This document shows, one piece after another, positions 1-10,904 of a DNA stretch of 64,000 nucleotides (position 1 is the stretch's first letter; each line of letters begins with the position of its first letter). Location: the NCBI GenBank assembly GCA_040275305.1, contig JBEOJY010000005.1:393-64392 (forward strand), read 5' to 3'. The translations under genes were made by a program, and so were the position numbers. The notes under the pieces were generated by a model that saw nothing but the letters and a program-made list of their open reading frames with translations, made no database searches and had not been told where the DNA came from. The stretch comes from Bdellovibrionales bacterium. GTDB taxonomy: Bacteria > Pseudomonadota > Alphaproteobacteria > UBA9219.

Positions 1-148
1 TGATCTTGTGACGACTGGGCCGCTTTCCAGTAGCGGGCATGCGTTAACTATTCGCGCGCGGGCTTCCCTTCTGCGCCAACATCGCGTAAGCAAAGGGAGA
101 ATAGCTTTTTACCCCGACACCCTTATTTGTTTTTTGGATAGATAGCTC

Positions 149-2821
149 ATGCCGTCATTCCTGCAAGCGATCCTATTATCGCGCACGCCTATCGTTGCCG
201 CTGTTTCCGTCGCTTTGGCCTTGTTGCTTCTTGGTGGGCTCAAGTTCGGATTGGAGCCAAGCATGGGGCTTGCGCTTGCCGCTGCGGCGGCGGTCGGCGT
301 TTTGGCCATTTTGGTTGCGGCGCTTAACAAGCGACGCACGGAAGTCGAGCAACAAAACCGCGTGTTGCGTTTTTCGGTCGAGCGGTTGCAGGCTATGCTT
401 TCAACGGTTCCGGTCGGGTACTGCTTGTTTACCCCGCAAGGCATTTTGCGCGAGACGCAGCGCGCGGCGCAGATTCTTGGCATCGAGAAGGTTTCGCATG
501 TCGAAGATATCGTGAGCGCGATCAAAGATGGCGCGGCGTTCGTCGACGCTTTCCGCAAGCTACAGTCAATCGGGTTGCCTTTCACGTTGCAGGTCGAGAC
601 GGTATTAAATGGCAAACTGGCGCAGATTATCGGCGATCGGTTTCGCGTGGGGCGCGAGGGGCCGCAGATCGATGTGTTGTGGCTGACAGAGCGCGTGATG
701 CCCTCCTTGCAGGCGCTTGGGTTTGGGAGCGCGGCTTCGCTATCTACGACCATGGCTGTATCTGTGGAAAGTAGACCAACCGAGTCCGTTGCGGGGGAGG
801 CTGCGGCTATTGTTGACGCTGTTCGCCATGATCGGGATTCCCAGACCTTGCTTGACGCTTTGCCGTTTCCGGTGTGGGGGCGCAAACAGGATTTGAGCAT
901 CGCGTTCTGCAATAGAGCTTATGCAAATGCGTTGGACATGAAGCCTGAAGATGTCTTGCGTGGCGCGCAAGGGCAAGGGGAACTGGTTTCTTCCACGACG
1001 CGCGGCGGGACCGGGCGCACTTTGGCGGCGGACGCGCAGGCTACAGGGGCGCTGCGCAAGGAGCGACGGCATGTCATCATCACTGGGCAACGCAGGTTGC
1101 TGGAGATCGTCGAAATTCCCCTTAAGACGTTGATTGAGGCGCCTGTCTCTTCTGAAAGCGCGTCTGATGGAAACGCACCCGGCGGCGGCGGCGTGGCGGC
1201 GGAAGGGAATGAGACCATGCTGGCTTTGCTTGGCTTTGCCGTCGATGTGACGGTTGAGGAGGAGCGCGAGCTGGAACTTCAGCATCATTTGGCCGCGCAG
1301 AAAGAAGTGCTGGAACAGCTTGGCAGCGCGATTGCCATTTATGGGCGCGACATGCGGCTTGAGTTTTATAACCGCGCTTATCAGCGGTTGTGGGACGCCG
1401 ACGAGACATTTCTGGCGAGCAAGCCGACTTTAGGCGAGATTTTAGAGGATCTGCGCACACGCCGACGCGCGCCGGAGCAGGCAGATTTTCAGCGCTACAA
1501 GAACGAGCGCATCGCCCTCTTCACGTCGCTGCTGGAGCCGCGCGAGGACTTAATGCATTTGCCGGACGGCACGACGCTGCGCATTCTGGCTGTGCCACAC
1601 CCGTTTGGCGGGATCATGTTCGTGCACGAGGACGTGACCGACAAGCTTGCGCTGGAGTCGTCCTATAACACCTTGATCGCCGTTCAGCGCGAGACGCTCG
1701 ATAATCTGGCCGAGGGAATCGCCGTGTTCGGTCCGGATGGTAAGTTGCGGCTGTTCAACCCATCTTTCGCGAATATCTGGAAGCTTGAGGCGGACTTTTT
1801 ATCTGGCAATCCGCATATCGCAGATCTCTTGGAGAAAATGAAGCCGTTGCTGGCTTATGACGGCGATTGGGCGGTTTACAAAGCCGAGAGGGTTGGCTAC
1901 GCCCTTGATCGCAATCCACGCAAGGGGCGTCTTGACCGCGCGGATAGCGTCATCGTCGAATACAGCACGATTCCGTTACCTGATGGGGCTGTGTTGAACA
2001 GCTATCTCGATGTCACGGATTCCGTGCAGGTGCAGAAGGCTTTGCGCGAGACCAACGAAGCGTTGACGGCGGCGGATCGGCTTAAGTCGGAATTCGTGGC
2101 CAATGTGTCCTATCAATTGCGCACGCCCCTCAACACGATCATGGGTTTCGCCGAGATTCTCACGAACCAGTATTTCGGGACGCTCAACACGCGGCAGCTT
2201 GATTACACGCGCACGATCATGGATGCGAGCAAGAAGCTGCTTGTGCTCATCAACGACGTGTTGGACCTCGCGACGATCGAGGCTGGGCGCATGGCGCTCG
2301 AACGCGACGCGATCCGTTGCGCCGAGCTGCTTAACGTCGCTAAAAATATGACGGCGGAATGGGCGCGGCAGCAATCTCTGGAAATCATGATCGATTGTCC
2401 GTCGGATATCGGCTCCTTCGAGGCGGACGAACAACGCATGAAGCAGATATTGTTCAACCTTATCAGCAATGCGATCAAATACACGCCAGCGGGCGGGAGA
2501 ATCACGTTGGAGGCACGGCGCAGCGAGCCATGGATGATCTTGACTGTGGCCGATACGGGCATCGGGATTCCGGAGCCGGACCGCGACCGCGTGTTTGGCA
2601 AGTTCGAGCGGACGAACGCGCAGGCGCGTCAGGCGGGCGCGGGGCTTGGTTTAAGTTTGGTCAAGAGCTTTATCGAGCTGCATGGCGGCCATGTCGAGCT
2701 GGAGAGCGGAGCCGAACAGGGCACGCGCATCGTGTGCTATGTGCCGACGAAGATGAAGGCGGAGCGTGACGAAGATTCGCGTGGCGCAGGCGCTGATACT
2801 CCGGACAAAATGAGAGCATGA
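149..2821 (+). CDS. divL: PAS-domain sensor histidine kinase, DivL-type pseudokinase
   Basis: N-terminal TM helices, several PAS-like segments, HisKA box SEFVANVSYQLRTPL with Tyr at the phospho-His position, HATPase N/G1/G2 boxes (NAIKY, DTGIG, GAGLGL); directly upstream of tsaE. Confidence 0.85.
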   Translation: MPSFLQAILLSRTPIVAAVSVALALLLLGGLKFGLEPSMGLALAAAAAVGVLAILVAALNKRRTEVEQQNRVLRFSVERLQAMLSTVPVGYCLFTPQGILRETQRAAQILGIEKVSHVEDIVSAIKDGAAFVDAFRKLQSIGLPFTLQVETVLNGKLAQIIGDRFRVGREGPQIDVLWLTERVMPSLQALGFGSAASLSTTMAVSVESRPTESVAGEAAAIVDAVRHDRDSQTLLDALPFPVWGRKQDLSIAFCNRAYANALDMKPEDVLRGAQGQGELVSSTTRGGTGRTLAADAQATGALRKERRHVIITGQRRLLEIVEIPLKTLIEAPVSSESASDGNAPGGGGVAAEGNETMLALLGFAVDVTVEEERELELQHHLAAQKEVLEQLGSAIAIYGRDMRLEFYNRAYQRLWDADETFLASKPTLGEILEDLRTRRRAPEQADFQRYKNERIALFTSLLEPREDLMHLPDGTTLRILAVPHPFGGIMFVHEDVTDKLALESSYNTLIAVQRETLDNLAEGIAVFGPDGKLRLFNPSFANIWKLEADFLSGNPHIADLLEKMKPLLAYDGDWAVYKAERVGYALDRNPRKGRLDRADSVIVEYSTIPLPDGAVLNSYLDVTDSVQVQKALRETNEALTAADRLKSEFVANVSYQLRTPLNTIMGFAEILTNQYFGTLNTRQLDYTRTIMDASKKLLVLINDVLDLATIEAGRMALERDAIRCAELLNVAKNMTAEWARQQSLEIMIDCPSDIGSFEADEQRMKQILFNLISNAIKYTPAGGRITLEARRSEPWMILTVADTGIGIPEPDRDRVFGKFERTNAQARQAGAGLGLSLVKSFIELHGGHVELESGAEQGTRIVCYVPTKMKAERDEDSRGAGADTPDKMRA

Positions 2822-4296
2822 TTTCTTCTTCCCCTTTTCGCTGCGTGGTCACGCTTCCCGATCTTGCGGCGACGGGGAGGCTGGCGCGGGAATTGGCGCG
2901 AGGGATGGAGCCGGGACTGGCGGCGGGCGATGTTCTTGCGCTGGAAGGCCCTTTGGGGGCGGGGAAGACGGCTTTTTCTGCAGCCTTTTTAAGGGCTTTG
3001 GGCGTGGCTGGCGAGATTCCAAGTCCTACATTTACCATCGTGCAATCCTATGACACGGTGCGCGGCGTTGCGCATCATTTTGATCTCTATCGGATCAAGC
3101 GCGAGGACGAGCTGGATGAGCTGGGCTGGGACGACATGTTGGCGGAAGGTTTCGCTTTGGTCGAGTGGCCTGAGCGGGCTGGCGGGCGTTTGCCGGACGA
3201 TAGGTTGACGCTGCGCTTTGGCTGGGAGGATGGGCAGCGCATGTGCGCCATCGAGGCTTCGGGGCGCTGGGCCGCGCGTGTCGAGCGCGTGTTGGAGGCG
3301 GCGGCTGGAGTTCGTGACTGCGAGGATTTTCTTGCGTGCGCGGGATGGGAACATGCGTTGCGCGAGCCTCTTTGCGCGGATTTCTCGGCGCGGCGGTTCA
3401 CGCGCTTGCGCAAGGGCGCGGAGGCGGACGCGGCGACGGCGATCCTGATGGAAGCGGGCGATGATCAGAATACGGATGCGTTCGCGCGTGTTGGGCGGAT
3501 GCTGCGCCGTATGGGGCTATCCGCGCCGGAGCTTTTTGCCGAAGACGCTTTGCGCGGGTTCGCGTTGATGGAAGATTTCGGCGACTGTCGGTTTGGCGCG
3601 ATGATCGACGTCGGCGCGGAGGCGCTGCCGTTGCTGCTTCGCGCGGCGGAGGTGTTGGCTCATTTGCACAAGAGCTTTGCCGCGTTGCAGGAATTTACGT
3701 GGCGGCGGACTATACAGAATGGCATGGCAGAGTGGGATGCTTTGCCGTGTTTCGATGTCGAGCGGTTCGTGTCGCAGGCGGAGCTTTATCTGGACGAATG
3801 GATTCCGTTTACGGAAGGGCGCAATGTGACGGCGGAGGAGCGCGAGGATTTCCGTGCGGCGTGGCGCGAAAGGCTGCGCATGGTTGAGGCGCTACCGCGC
3901 TCGCTATTGCTGCGCGATTTCATGCCGGACAATTTGATGAATCTTCCGGAGCGCGAGGGCGTTCGGTCGGTGGGGTTGCTGGATTTTCAGGATGCTGGCG
4001 TTGGGCCGATCGCTTATGATCTTGCGTCGTTGTGCGAGGTTGTGCGGCGCGACGCGGACAAGGGCTGGGAGCATTTCGAGGCGGTAACCGCGCATTATCA
4101 CGCTTTGGCCAAGCCGTCATGCTCGCTGGAGGCGTTACGTGAGGGTGGGCGGACTCTTTCAGCGCAGCGGCACTTGCGCGTGCTTGGCATATTGGCGCGA
4201 CTTGCGCGGCAGGGAAATCCGGCGAAGCTCGCGGCTTGCGGGGAGCGGGTTAAGGGGCATGTGGAGGGGTTGGGAATTACGCCTTGCGTTGTTTGA
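2818..4296 (+). CDS. tsaE: TsaE (t6A ATPase) fused to an APH-like AmgK MurNAc/GlcNAc kinase
   Basis: GPLGAGKT P-loop, SPTFTIVQ, HFDLYR and EWPE TsaE motifs; C-terminal DFSARRF, MEDFGD, RDFMPDNL and LDFQDA phosphotransferase motifs; ATGA overlap with divL. Confidence 0.85.
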   Translation: MISSSPFRCVVTLPDLAATGRLARELARGMEPGLAAGDVLALEGPLGAGKTAFSAAFLRALGVAGEIPSPTFTIVQSYDTVRGVAHHFDLYRIKREDELDELGWDDMLAEGFALVEWPERAGGRLPDDRLTLRFGWEDGQRMCAIEASGRWAARVERVLEAAAGVRDCEDFLACAGWEHALREPLCADFSARRFTRLRKGAEADAATAILMEAGDDQNTDAFARVGRMLRRMGLSAPELFAEDALRGFALMEDFGDCRFGAMIDVGAEALPLLLRAAEVLAHLHKSFAALQEFTWRRTIQNGMAEWDALPCFDVERFVSQAELYLDEWIPFTEGRNVTAEEREDFRAAWRERLRMVEALPRSLLLRDFMPDNLMNLPEREGVRSVGLLDFQDAGVGPIAYDLASLCEVVRRDADKGWEHFEAVTAHYHALAKPSCSLEALREGGRTLSAQRHLRVLGILARLARQGNPAKLAACGERVKGHVEGLGITPCVV

Positions 4297-4325
4297 GGTA
4301 TTGCAAGGCTTTGAAACTTTAGCAT

Positions 4326-4550
4326 TATATCCCTATCGCACATGAAGGGTTAGGATAACATCTCGGCGAGCGCAGCGCAAAGCCCCTCGCCCTCCACAGG
4401 AGGGAGGGGGGGGGTGGGGTGAGGGTGGAGTCTGGATTCAAGCGATAGACTCGCCCCCTCACCCCAGCCCTCTCCCCCTCACGGGGGCGAGGGAGTCGCG
4501 CCTGTCTTTTGGAAATGACTCGCTAACTCTTCATGTGCGATGGGCATATA
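4326..4550. mobile_element. MITE with TA-ended TIRs (IS630/Tc1-like ends) carrying a CCCCTC-type palindromic repeat
   Basis: 28-bp inverted ends, tatatccctatcgcacatgaagggttag (4326-4353) vs 4523-4550, 25/28 identical; internal inverted G/C-tract repeat at about 4383-4495. Confidence 0.7.
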
Positions 4551-4580
4551 TGTTGTAATTTCTTATTGTTTGGAGTTTTT

Positions 4581-5189
4581 ATGAATCCTTTTCAACTTTT
4601 TGGGCGGCGTTCTCGTGATGTCTTGCGAGAGAGGCTGGATCGGGTCGCATGCGAGCAGCAGTTTGCTTTGCTTGATGTTGCGAGTAAGCCCTTGTTCAGA
4701 TTTCTGGAGGCTTGCGGGGAGTCGTTCCCTCGTCCCGATGGGCATCTGGCTGTTTGCGATGCTTTCCATCAGGACAACGATGGCGGGCCGTATATTCTGA
4801 AGACTGTCTATTGCAAGGAGTTTGGTCTTAGCGGGAGCGTTAAATATGAAGCGGAGGCCCGTTCAATTCGCGCAGAATTTTTTATGTTTTCGCCTTCTTG
4901 TCCTGAAGACGCGAATCTTGAAAGGGTTATCATAGAAGGCGCGTGTCGCAGTTATGATCCGGTTGGCCGCCCTTATGAACATGTTCCAGTGGCGCTAGGC
5001 ATACTTGGGTACTGGTGGCCGGAGCTTGGCGCTCCATTGGTTCGGCATTTGAAGGAAGCAGATTTACGGCAAGGCACCTTTGCAGAACAAGTTTGGGGCA
5101 ACGTTGTTGAGCTTGATCGTGATTTATGGCGCATAAAAGTGGCGGCGCGTCGAGCGCTGGGGCGCAATCCTTCCACGCTGGATCGGTGA
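4581..5189 (+). CDS. Hypothetical protein (orphan)
   Basis: About 202-aa ORF; ggag RBS-like sequence before ATG 4581; no recognisable motif; more T-rich than neighbouring genes. Confidence 0.55.
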   Translation: MNPFQLFGRRSRDVLRERLDRVACEQQFALLDVASKPLFRFLEACGESFPRPDGHLAVCDAFHQDNDGGPYILKTVYCKEFGLSGSVKYEAEARSIRAEFFMFSPSCPEDANLERVIIEGACRSYDPVGRPYEHVPVALGILGYWWPELGAPLVRHLKEADLRQGTFAEQVWGNVVELDRDLWRIKVAARRALGRNPSTLDR

Positions 5190-5204
5190 AGGGCTGTCGG
5201 GCCG

Positions 5205-5948
5205 TTACGCCTTCGCGTCGGTGATGATGGTGTATTTGCCCTTGCCTTGCACGACTTCGGCGAAGGCGCCGTGGGTGAAGATCGAGAAGACGAGGATCGG
5301 GATGTTGCTTTGCCGCGCGAGCGAGATGGCGGAGGTGTCCATCACTTGCAGGTCCTGCGACAGCACGTCGAGGTAGCTTAGGCGCTCGTAGCGTTTGGCG
5401 TCTTTGACCTTGGTTGGGTCGGCGGTGTAGACGCCGTCGACCTTGGTCGCCTTCAAAAGCGCGCTGCACTGCATTTCCGAGGCGCGGAGCGCGGCGGCGG
5501 AGTCGGTGGTGAAGAACGGATTCCCGGTGCCTGCGGCGAAGATCACGACGCGGCCTTTCTCCATATGGCGGATCGCGCGGCGACGGATGTAAGGTTCGCA
5601 GACGGAGGACATCGGGATGGCGGATTGCACGCGGGTTTGGACGCCGATTTGCTCCAGCGCGTTCTGCATGGCGAGCGCGTTGATGACGGTGGCCAGCATG
5701 CCCATATAGTCGGCTGTCGCGCGGTCCATGCCGGAGGCTGCGCCGGAGACGCCACGGAAGATGTTGCCGCCGCCGATGACGGCGCTGACTTGCACACCTT
5801 GTTCGACGACCGATTTGATCTCTTCCGCGACGCGGTTCACGGTTTCGGGATCGAGGCCGTAGTCGCGCGCGCCCATCAAGGCTTCGCCGGAGAGTTTGAC
5901 CAGCACGCGCTTATAGCGAGGCTCTTTGGCAGATTTGGCGTTCGACAT
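5205..5948 (-). CDS. pyrH: UMP kinase
   Basis: [23 protein letters not shown] and GNPFFTTD motifs; downstream of tsf. Confidence 0.97.
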   Translation of the reverse strand: MSNAKSAKEPRYKRVLVKLSGEALMGARDYGLDPETVNRVAEEIKSVVEQGVQVSAVIGGGNIFRGVSGAASGMDRATADYMGMLATVINALAMQNALEQIGVQTRVQSAIPMSSVCEPYIRRRAIRHMEKGRVVIFAAGTGNPFFTTDSAAALRASEMQCSALLKATKVDGVYTADPTKVKDAKRYERLSYLDVLSQDLQVMDTSAISLARQSNIPILVFSIFTHGAFAEVVQGKGKYTIITDAKA

Positions 5949-6040
5949 GGCGATTCCTTTTTATGGCTATTCGCAGATGATATATTTCTTCGTGTTATGA
6001 AAATTAGCAAGCCTTCAGCGTGGTCGGACACTCTATTATC

Positions 6041-6295
6041 GTAACCCCAAACCCTTCTACAAGAGGGGCAAACAAACGTCGAAAATGGACCGTCATTGCG
6101 AGGAGTTGCCCGCCTTAAGGCGGGCGAAGACGTGGCAATCTAGAGCAGCTCAGGACAGCCCTGTCGACTCTGGATTGCTTCCGCCGTCGTTGCTACGCAA
6201 CTATGGCGGACAGGTCGCCCTCCAAGAGGGGGCTCGCAATGACGGCGCTTTTTTCGACGTTCGTCTTTATGCCTCCAATGAGGCTTGGCAGTTAC
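6041..6295. mobile_element. MITE with GTAAC...GTTAC ends and 8-bp TSD (IS66-like), carrying a GTCATTGCGAG-type palindrome
   Basis: Direct repeat ctattatc at 6033-6040 and 6296-6303; nested inverted repeats aacgtcgaaaa/ttttcgacgtt and cgtcattgcgag/ctcgcaatgacg. Confidence 0.7.
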
Positions 6296-6298
6296 CTA

Positions 6299-7198
6299 TT
6301 ATCCCGCCATCTTGGCAACTTCGGCGGCGAAGTCGTCAGAGGTTTTTTCTATGCCTTCGCCCAGATGGAAGCGGACGAATCCGGACAGCTTGACGGGGGC
6401 GCCAAGCGTTTTGGCGGCTTTTTCGACCACGTCTTTCACGCGGGTTTCGCCGTCAACGACATAGACTTGCTCCAGGAGCACGACTTCTTCGTAATATTTA
6501 CGCAGGCGGCCTTCGACCATCTTGGCGATGATCGCGTCTGGCTTGCCGCTGGCTTTGGCTTGATCCGCGAAGATATCGCGTTCACGTTGCACGGCTTTGG
6601 CGTCCACGTCGGCAACGGTCAGGGCTTCCGGACGCGCGGCGGCGATGTGCATTGCGAGCTGCTTGCCGAGTTCCTGAAGCTTCGCGACGTCGGCGGAGGA
6701 TTCGAGCGCGACGAGCACGCCGATCTTGCCGAGGTTCGGCGCTAGCGCGTTATGCACGTAGCTTGCAACGATTCCCTGCGGCACGGATAGATGCGCGACG
6801 CGGCGCAACGACATGTTTTCGCCGATGGTTGCGACGAGGTTCGTGAGTTCGTCTTGAATCTTGCCTTTGAGCGTTTCGACATTCGCATCGGTTTGTAGCG
6901 CGGTTTGGGCGGCTGCGAGCGCAATCGCTTGGAACTTGTCGTTACGCGCGACGAAGTCGGTTTCGGCATTGATTTCGACGACCGAAGCTTTTTTGTCGCT
7001 TGCGGCTATGGCGACTAGCCCTTCCGCCGCGACGCGCCCGGCTTTCTTGGCGGCAGCAGAGAGGCCTTTCTTGCGCAGCCAATCGACGGCGGCTTCCATG
7101 TCGCCGTTCGTTTCGTTCAGCGCTTTCTTGCAGTCCATCATGCCTGCGCCGGTTTTTTCGCGCAGATCCTTGACCATGGTTGCCGTAATCTCTGGCAT
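6299..7198 (-). CDS. tsf: Elongation factor Ts
   Basis: [22 protein letters not shown] and ETDFVA motifs. Confidence 0.98.
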   Translation of the reverse strand: MPEITATMVKDLREKTGAGMMDCKKALNETNGDMEAAVDWLRKKGLSAAAKKAGRVAAEGLVAIAASDKKASVVEINAETDFVARNDKFQAIALAAAQTALQTDANVETLKGKIQDELTNLVATIGENMSLRRVAHLSVPQGIVASYVHNALAPNLGKIGVLVALESSADVAKLQELGKQLAMHIAAARPEALTVADVDAKAVQRERDIFADQAKASGKPDAIIAKMVEGRLRKYYEEVVLLEQVYVVDGETRVKDVVEKAAKTLGAPVKLSGFVRFHLGEGIEKTSDDFAAEVAKMAG

Positions 7199-7290
7199 GG
7201 GGTTCTCCCTCTCTTATGTTTTGTCTTGTTTTGTCAGGATTTCTTGCGCATGGAGACGAAGCGGTTGAGCAATGTGGAAATCCCTAGTGG

Positions 7291-7327
7291 CTCTGGATTG
7301 CTTCGTCGCTTCGCTCCTCGCAATGAC
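7291..7327. repeat. Half REP/RPE-like palindrome
   Basis: ctctggattgcttcgtcgcttcgctcctcgcaatgac matches the right arm of the elements at 6168-6244 and 36591-36645. Confidence 0.65.
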
Positions 7328-7338
7328 TTTCCTGATCT

Positions 7339-8112
7339 TTATGCGCTGGCTGTTTCGGCAGCGGGTTCTTGACGCGCCGTTTCGCGTGGCGCGTTCTTTT
7401 CTCCTTTGCCGCCCGTCATCGAGGACTCGGCTTCGAGGCCGTCGAGGACCGCTTGCGCGACCATGTCGCAGTAGAGGTCGATGGCGCGGGAGGCATCGTC
7501 GTTGCCGGGAATCGGGTAGGTGATGCGCGTGGGATCGGAGTTGCTGTCCACCACCGCGATGATCGGAATGCCAAGGCGCGAGGCTTCTTCGATCGCGATG
7601 TTTTCCTTGATCGTGTCGATGATGAAGATGATGTCTGGGACGCCGCCCATGTCCTTGATGCCGCCCAGCGCGCGTTCCAATTTATCGCGATCACGGCTTA
7701 GGTTGAGCAGTTCCTTCTTGGTGAATTTCTTGTTCTGCGATTCTAGCTTTTCGCTGAGTTCGCGCAGACGCTTGATGGATTGCGAGATGGTCTGCCAGTT
7801 GGTCAGCATGCCGCCGAGCCAGCGGTGATCGACGTAATACTGGCCGCAACGTTTGGCGGCTTCGGCGATGCGTTCTTGCGCTTGATGCTTGGTGCCGACG
7901 ATCAACACGCGGCCACCGGAGGCGGCGACATCGCGAACCGCTTGCAAGGCGCGCTGCATCATGGGGACGGTCTGTTCGAGGTCGATGATGTGCACGTTAT
8001 TGCGCACGCCGAACAGATAGGGCTGCATCTTGGGGTTCCAACGGCGGGTGTTATGGCCGAAATGCACTCCGGCCTCGAATAACTGCCGCAACGTCACGAC
8101 GGGCATCGTCAT
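7339..8112 (-). CDS. rpsB: 30S ribosomal protein S2
   Basis: [23 protein letters not shown] and PGNDDA motifs. Confidence 0.98.
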   Translation of the reverse strand: MTMPVVTLRQLFEAGVHFGHNTRRWNPKMQPYLFGVRNNVHIIDLEQTVPMMQRALQAVRDVAASGGRVLIVGTKHQAQERIAEAAKRCGQYYVDHRWLGGMLTNWQTISQSIKRLRELSEKLESQNKKFTKKELLNLSRDRDKLERALGGIKDMGGVPDIIFIIDTIKENIAIEEASRLGIPIIAVVDSNSDPTRITYPIPGNDDASRAIDLYCDMVAQAVLDGLEAESSMTGGKGEKNAPRETARQEPAAETASA

Positions 8113-8124
8113 GGTCTTGATCCT

Positions 8125-8240
8125 TTCTTTTCCGGTTGATCCACCACGTGTCGTAAAGAGCCTTCCTGTTTCGTGAGGAAGACACCGGATGGTTCACGGC
8201 GGGATTGACCGCAGGGAACCGTGACACGTGTGAGTTTTTA
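8125..8240 (-). promoter_or_regulatory. Probable structured rpsB 5' leader (S2-responsive, t44-like)
   Basis: gacacgtg (8223-8230) and cacgtgtc (8145-8152) can close a long stem just before the RBS; this is the position of known rpsB leaders. Confidence 0.45.
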
Positions 8241-8337
8241 TCCACGCTTTCCGGAACCATTCCGGGGAAGCTTGAGCTACTTTGCTTTTAACGCGGAAAC
8301 CGCGTCGAAAGCAAAGCCTTTCTGCTTGTCTTCGTCT

Positions 8338-9063
8338 TTACTCGCCTTTTTTGGCCTTGGTCTTTTTGGCGGGCTTGGCGTCTGCGACGCTGTCCTTTTT
8401 GGAGGCTTTAGCGGCTTTGGCTGCCTTGGGGGCGGCTTCTTCGTTTGCGCCTTCTTCGGCCTTGGTCTTCTTGTTCTTTTTGGCTGGCTTTTCGGCAGCT
8501 TCCGCTTCTGTGAAGGCGGCAGCTTCCGCAGCTAATTCCGCTTCGCCGGATTCTGCCTTTTTGGCAGCTTTGGCAGTGGCGGCCGCTTCCTTATTGGCCT
8601 GCACGACTGCTTCTTCCTGTGAGCGGGCGATGTTGACGGTGATCTTGATCGAGACTTCGGGGTGAAGTCTGACCTTGACCGGGAACAAGCCGAGAGTTTT
8701 GATCGGCGTGTCGATTTGAACCTGCGAGCGCTCAATCGGTTGGCTGGAGGTCTTAGCTGCTTCGGCGACATCGCGGGCGGTGACTGAGCCGTAGAGCTGA
8801 CCGGTTTCGCTCGATTGACGGATGATGACGAGCTTCAGGCCGTCGAGCTTGGCGGCAAGCGTCTGCGCTGCGCTGCGTTCGGCGGCGTTGCGAGCTTCGA
8901 GCGTCGCGCGTTGCTTTTCGAACTGTTCCAGGTTCATCTTGGTCGCGCGCAAGGCTTTCTTCTGCGGCAACAGAAAGTTGCGAGCGTAGCCGGGGCGCAC
9001 TTTGACGACTTGTCCCATGACGCCGAGGCGTTCGATACGTTCCAATAAAATGACTTCGATCAT
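8338..9063 (-). CDS. rplI: 50S ribosomal protein L9 with Ala/Lys/Glu-rich tail
   Basis: [20 protein letters not shown] and IKTLG motifs. Confidence 0.97.
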   Translation of the reverse strand: MIEVILLERIERLGVMGQVVKVRPGYARNFLLPQKKALRATKMNLEQFEKQRATLEARNAAERSAAQTLAAKLDGLKLVIIRQSSETGQLYGSVTARDVAEAAKTSSQPIERSQVQIDTPIKTLGLFPVKVRLHPEVSIKITVNIARSQEEAVVQANKEAAATAKAAKKAESGEAELAAEAAAFTEAEAAEKPAKKNKKTKAEEGANEEAAPKAAKAAKASKKDSVADAKPAKKTKAKKGE

Positions 9064-9097
9064 GACTTTTCCTCTCCTTTTTCCTTAATCCTGTTCC

Positions 9098-10090
9098 TTA
9101 ACGAGTTCCGTGGGACGGCTTTCCGGCCCAGCGATGCCGGAAATCCAGCCATTGGTCTGCGATGCCCAGCAAAATGACCAGAAGCATGAACACTGGCATG
9201 ATGGTTAGGGCGATATAGAAGACGATCAGCGCCAGCACGCTAGCCTTGTTCATGAGGGATGTCAGCGCGTGCGCGATGGCGATGCCTGTCAGCAAATAGG
9301 GGAGGCTGAACAGCAGCGTCATATTGTACGCATAGTACAGGTAGGGATCGCGTAATAGGGCCGTCGCGATGGCCAATCCCAGCGTAATATAGACAAGCCA
9401 CGCAGGCATGCGCATCTCGCGCAATTCGAAGCTGTCACGCAGGTTCCATTTACGCTTTTTCAGGATGCGTTGCGCCGCGAGCAGGCATAGCGACGTTATA
9501 CAAACCCATGCGGTGCCGATAAGCGATGGCATGAAGAACGCGGTCGACTCGATGCTGTTTTTTATGAGCGTTAGATCAATCTGAGTTTTTGAGGTTTTGG
9601 CTGCCTCTTCCATCTGACTTACGACAGCGCGCAAGGCTTCCTGCGTCATGTCCACGGGGATGTTTCCCTGCATCAAAGTCAATCCGCTTAAGGCCGCGAA
9701 CAGTATCGCGGCGTAAAACGGCAGGGCTGCGATAAGATAGCCTATCGGGCACCAATAGGTTTTCCCGTCATTGCCGATGCGATAACGCAGCGCCAGCGCC
9801 GACAATCCGACTGCGGGGATTCCATAGAGAAACGCATAGATCAGCGCGATGTTGGCGTGGACGGTGATAAAGAGGCTGGTCGATCCCGCCAAAGTTGCCA
9901 GAAGCGAGGCCAGCGCTCCTGCGCCCAATCCTGCCATGAAAATCGGCAGGCTGGTGGCGTAGGCTAGAAAAAGGAGAGGCGTACCGCTGTAGTTCAACGC
10001 CAGCACGAGGATGAGCGCGCTGAACACTCCGGCAAAGAGCGCTCCTACGTGGCTCGTTAGGCCTCGTGCTGTTTGGGGGGCGTTGGACAT
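9098..10090 (-). CDS. Multi-pass membrane protein, DUF2232/YybS-like
   Basis: About 8-9 hydrophobic segments, C-terminal LGIADQWLDFR; sits between rpsR and rplI as is typical for this family. Confidence 0.75.
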   Translation of the reverse strand: MSNAPQTARGLTSHVGALFAGVFSALILVLALNYSGTPLLFLAYATSLPIFMAGLGAGALASLLATLAGSTSLFITVHANIALIYAFLYGIPAVGLSALALRYRIGNDGKTYWCPIGYLIAALPFYAAILFAALSGLTLMQGNIPVDMTQEALRAVVSQMEEAAKTSKTQIDLTLIKNSIESTAFFMPSLIGTAWVCITSLCLLAAQRILKKRKWNLRDSFELREMRMPAWLVYITLGLAIATALLRDPYLYYAYNMTLLFSLPYLLTGIAIAHALTSLMNKASVLALIVFYIALTIMPVFMLLVILLGIADQWLDFRHRWAGKPSHGTR

Positions 10091-10119
10091 AGAGGATAAC
10101 CTCTTGCGCCGATGGGCCG

Positions 10120-10464
10120 TTAGCCGTTGCCGCCGCTGCCGCCGCGCTTGTCGGCGTAGGGCAGAAGGGCGAGATAACGTGCGCGCTTGATGGCGATGGC
10201 CAGCTTGCGCTGCATTTTGGCTGAAACCGCCGAAATACGGCTCGGCATGATCTTGCCACGCTCGGAGACCGAGCGGCGCAGGAGATTCACGTCCTTGTAG
10301 TCGATCTTGGGCGCGTTCTTGCCGGAAAACGGGCAGTTCTTGGGACGGCCACGAAAGCCCCCAAAGCTGCCGAAGCTGCGGCGCTGGCCTCCAGCAGAGC
10401 CTCTGTCTCCCCTGTCTCCTCTGTCTGCGCCGGGGCCTGAGGAAGAGTTGCGGTCCATGCTCAT
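10120..10464 (-). CDS. rpsR: 30S ribosomal protein S18
   Basis: [17 protein letters not shown] and [13 protein letters not shown] motifs. Confidence 0.97.
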   Translation of the reverse strand: MSMDRNSSSGPGADRGDRGDRGSAGGQRRSFGSFGGFRGRPKNCPFSGKNAPKIDYKDVNLLRRSVSERGKIMPSRISAVSAKMQRKLAIAIKRARYLALLPYADKRGGSGGNG

Positions 10465-10904
10465 GCTACGGCTCCTTCATTAGGCTTGTTGTCACGGGGG
10501 GCGCGGGCAGGGCGATCACGACGGTCGCCTCCTCTGTCGCTTCTTTCGGGGCGGTCGCCAAAGCCGCCGCGTTCGCTGCGTTCTTCTTTGCGCATCATGG
10601 CCGAGGGGCCAGCTTCAAGCTCTTCGACGCGTACGGTCAGGAAGCGCAGGACGTCTTCGTGGAGGCGCATGTTGCGTTCCATTTCGACAATCGCCGAGGA
10701 TGGCGCGTCGATGTTGAACAGGACATAGTGGCCCTTGCGGTTCTTGTTGATGCGATAGGCGAGGGTGCGAAGGCCCCAATGCTCGGTCTTGGCGATTTGC
10801 CCGCCTTGGGCGACGATGATATCGGCGAAGCTTTTCGCCAGAGTTTCCACCTGAGCGGTGGGCACGTCCTGACGGACGATGAAAACGGATTCGTAGAATG
10901 GCAT
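10461..10904 (-). CDS. rpsF: 30S ribosomal protein S6
   Basis: [25 protein letters not shown]; start moved to ATG 10904 behind a GGGAG RBS. Confidence 0.97.
   Translation of the reverse strand: MPFYESVFIVRQDVPTAQVETLAKSFADIIVAQGGQIAKTEHWGLRTLAYRINKNRKGHYVLFNIDAPSSAIVEMERNMRLHEDVLRFLTVRVEELEAGPSAMMRKEERSERGGFGDRPERSDRGGDRRDRPARAPRDNKPNEGAVA

Noticed and set aside
10398-10428. 9-nt tandem repeat encoding DRGDRGDRG in S18
   Set aside because: Variable low-complexity N-terminal extension; no evidence of RGD function in a cytoplasmic protein.
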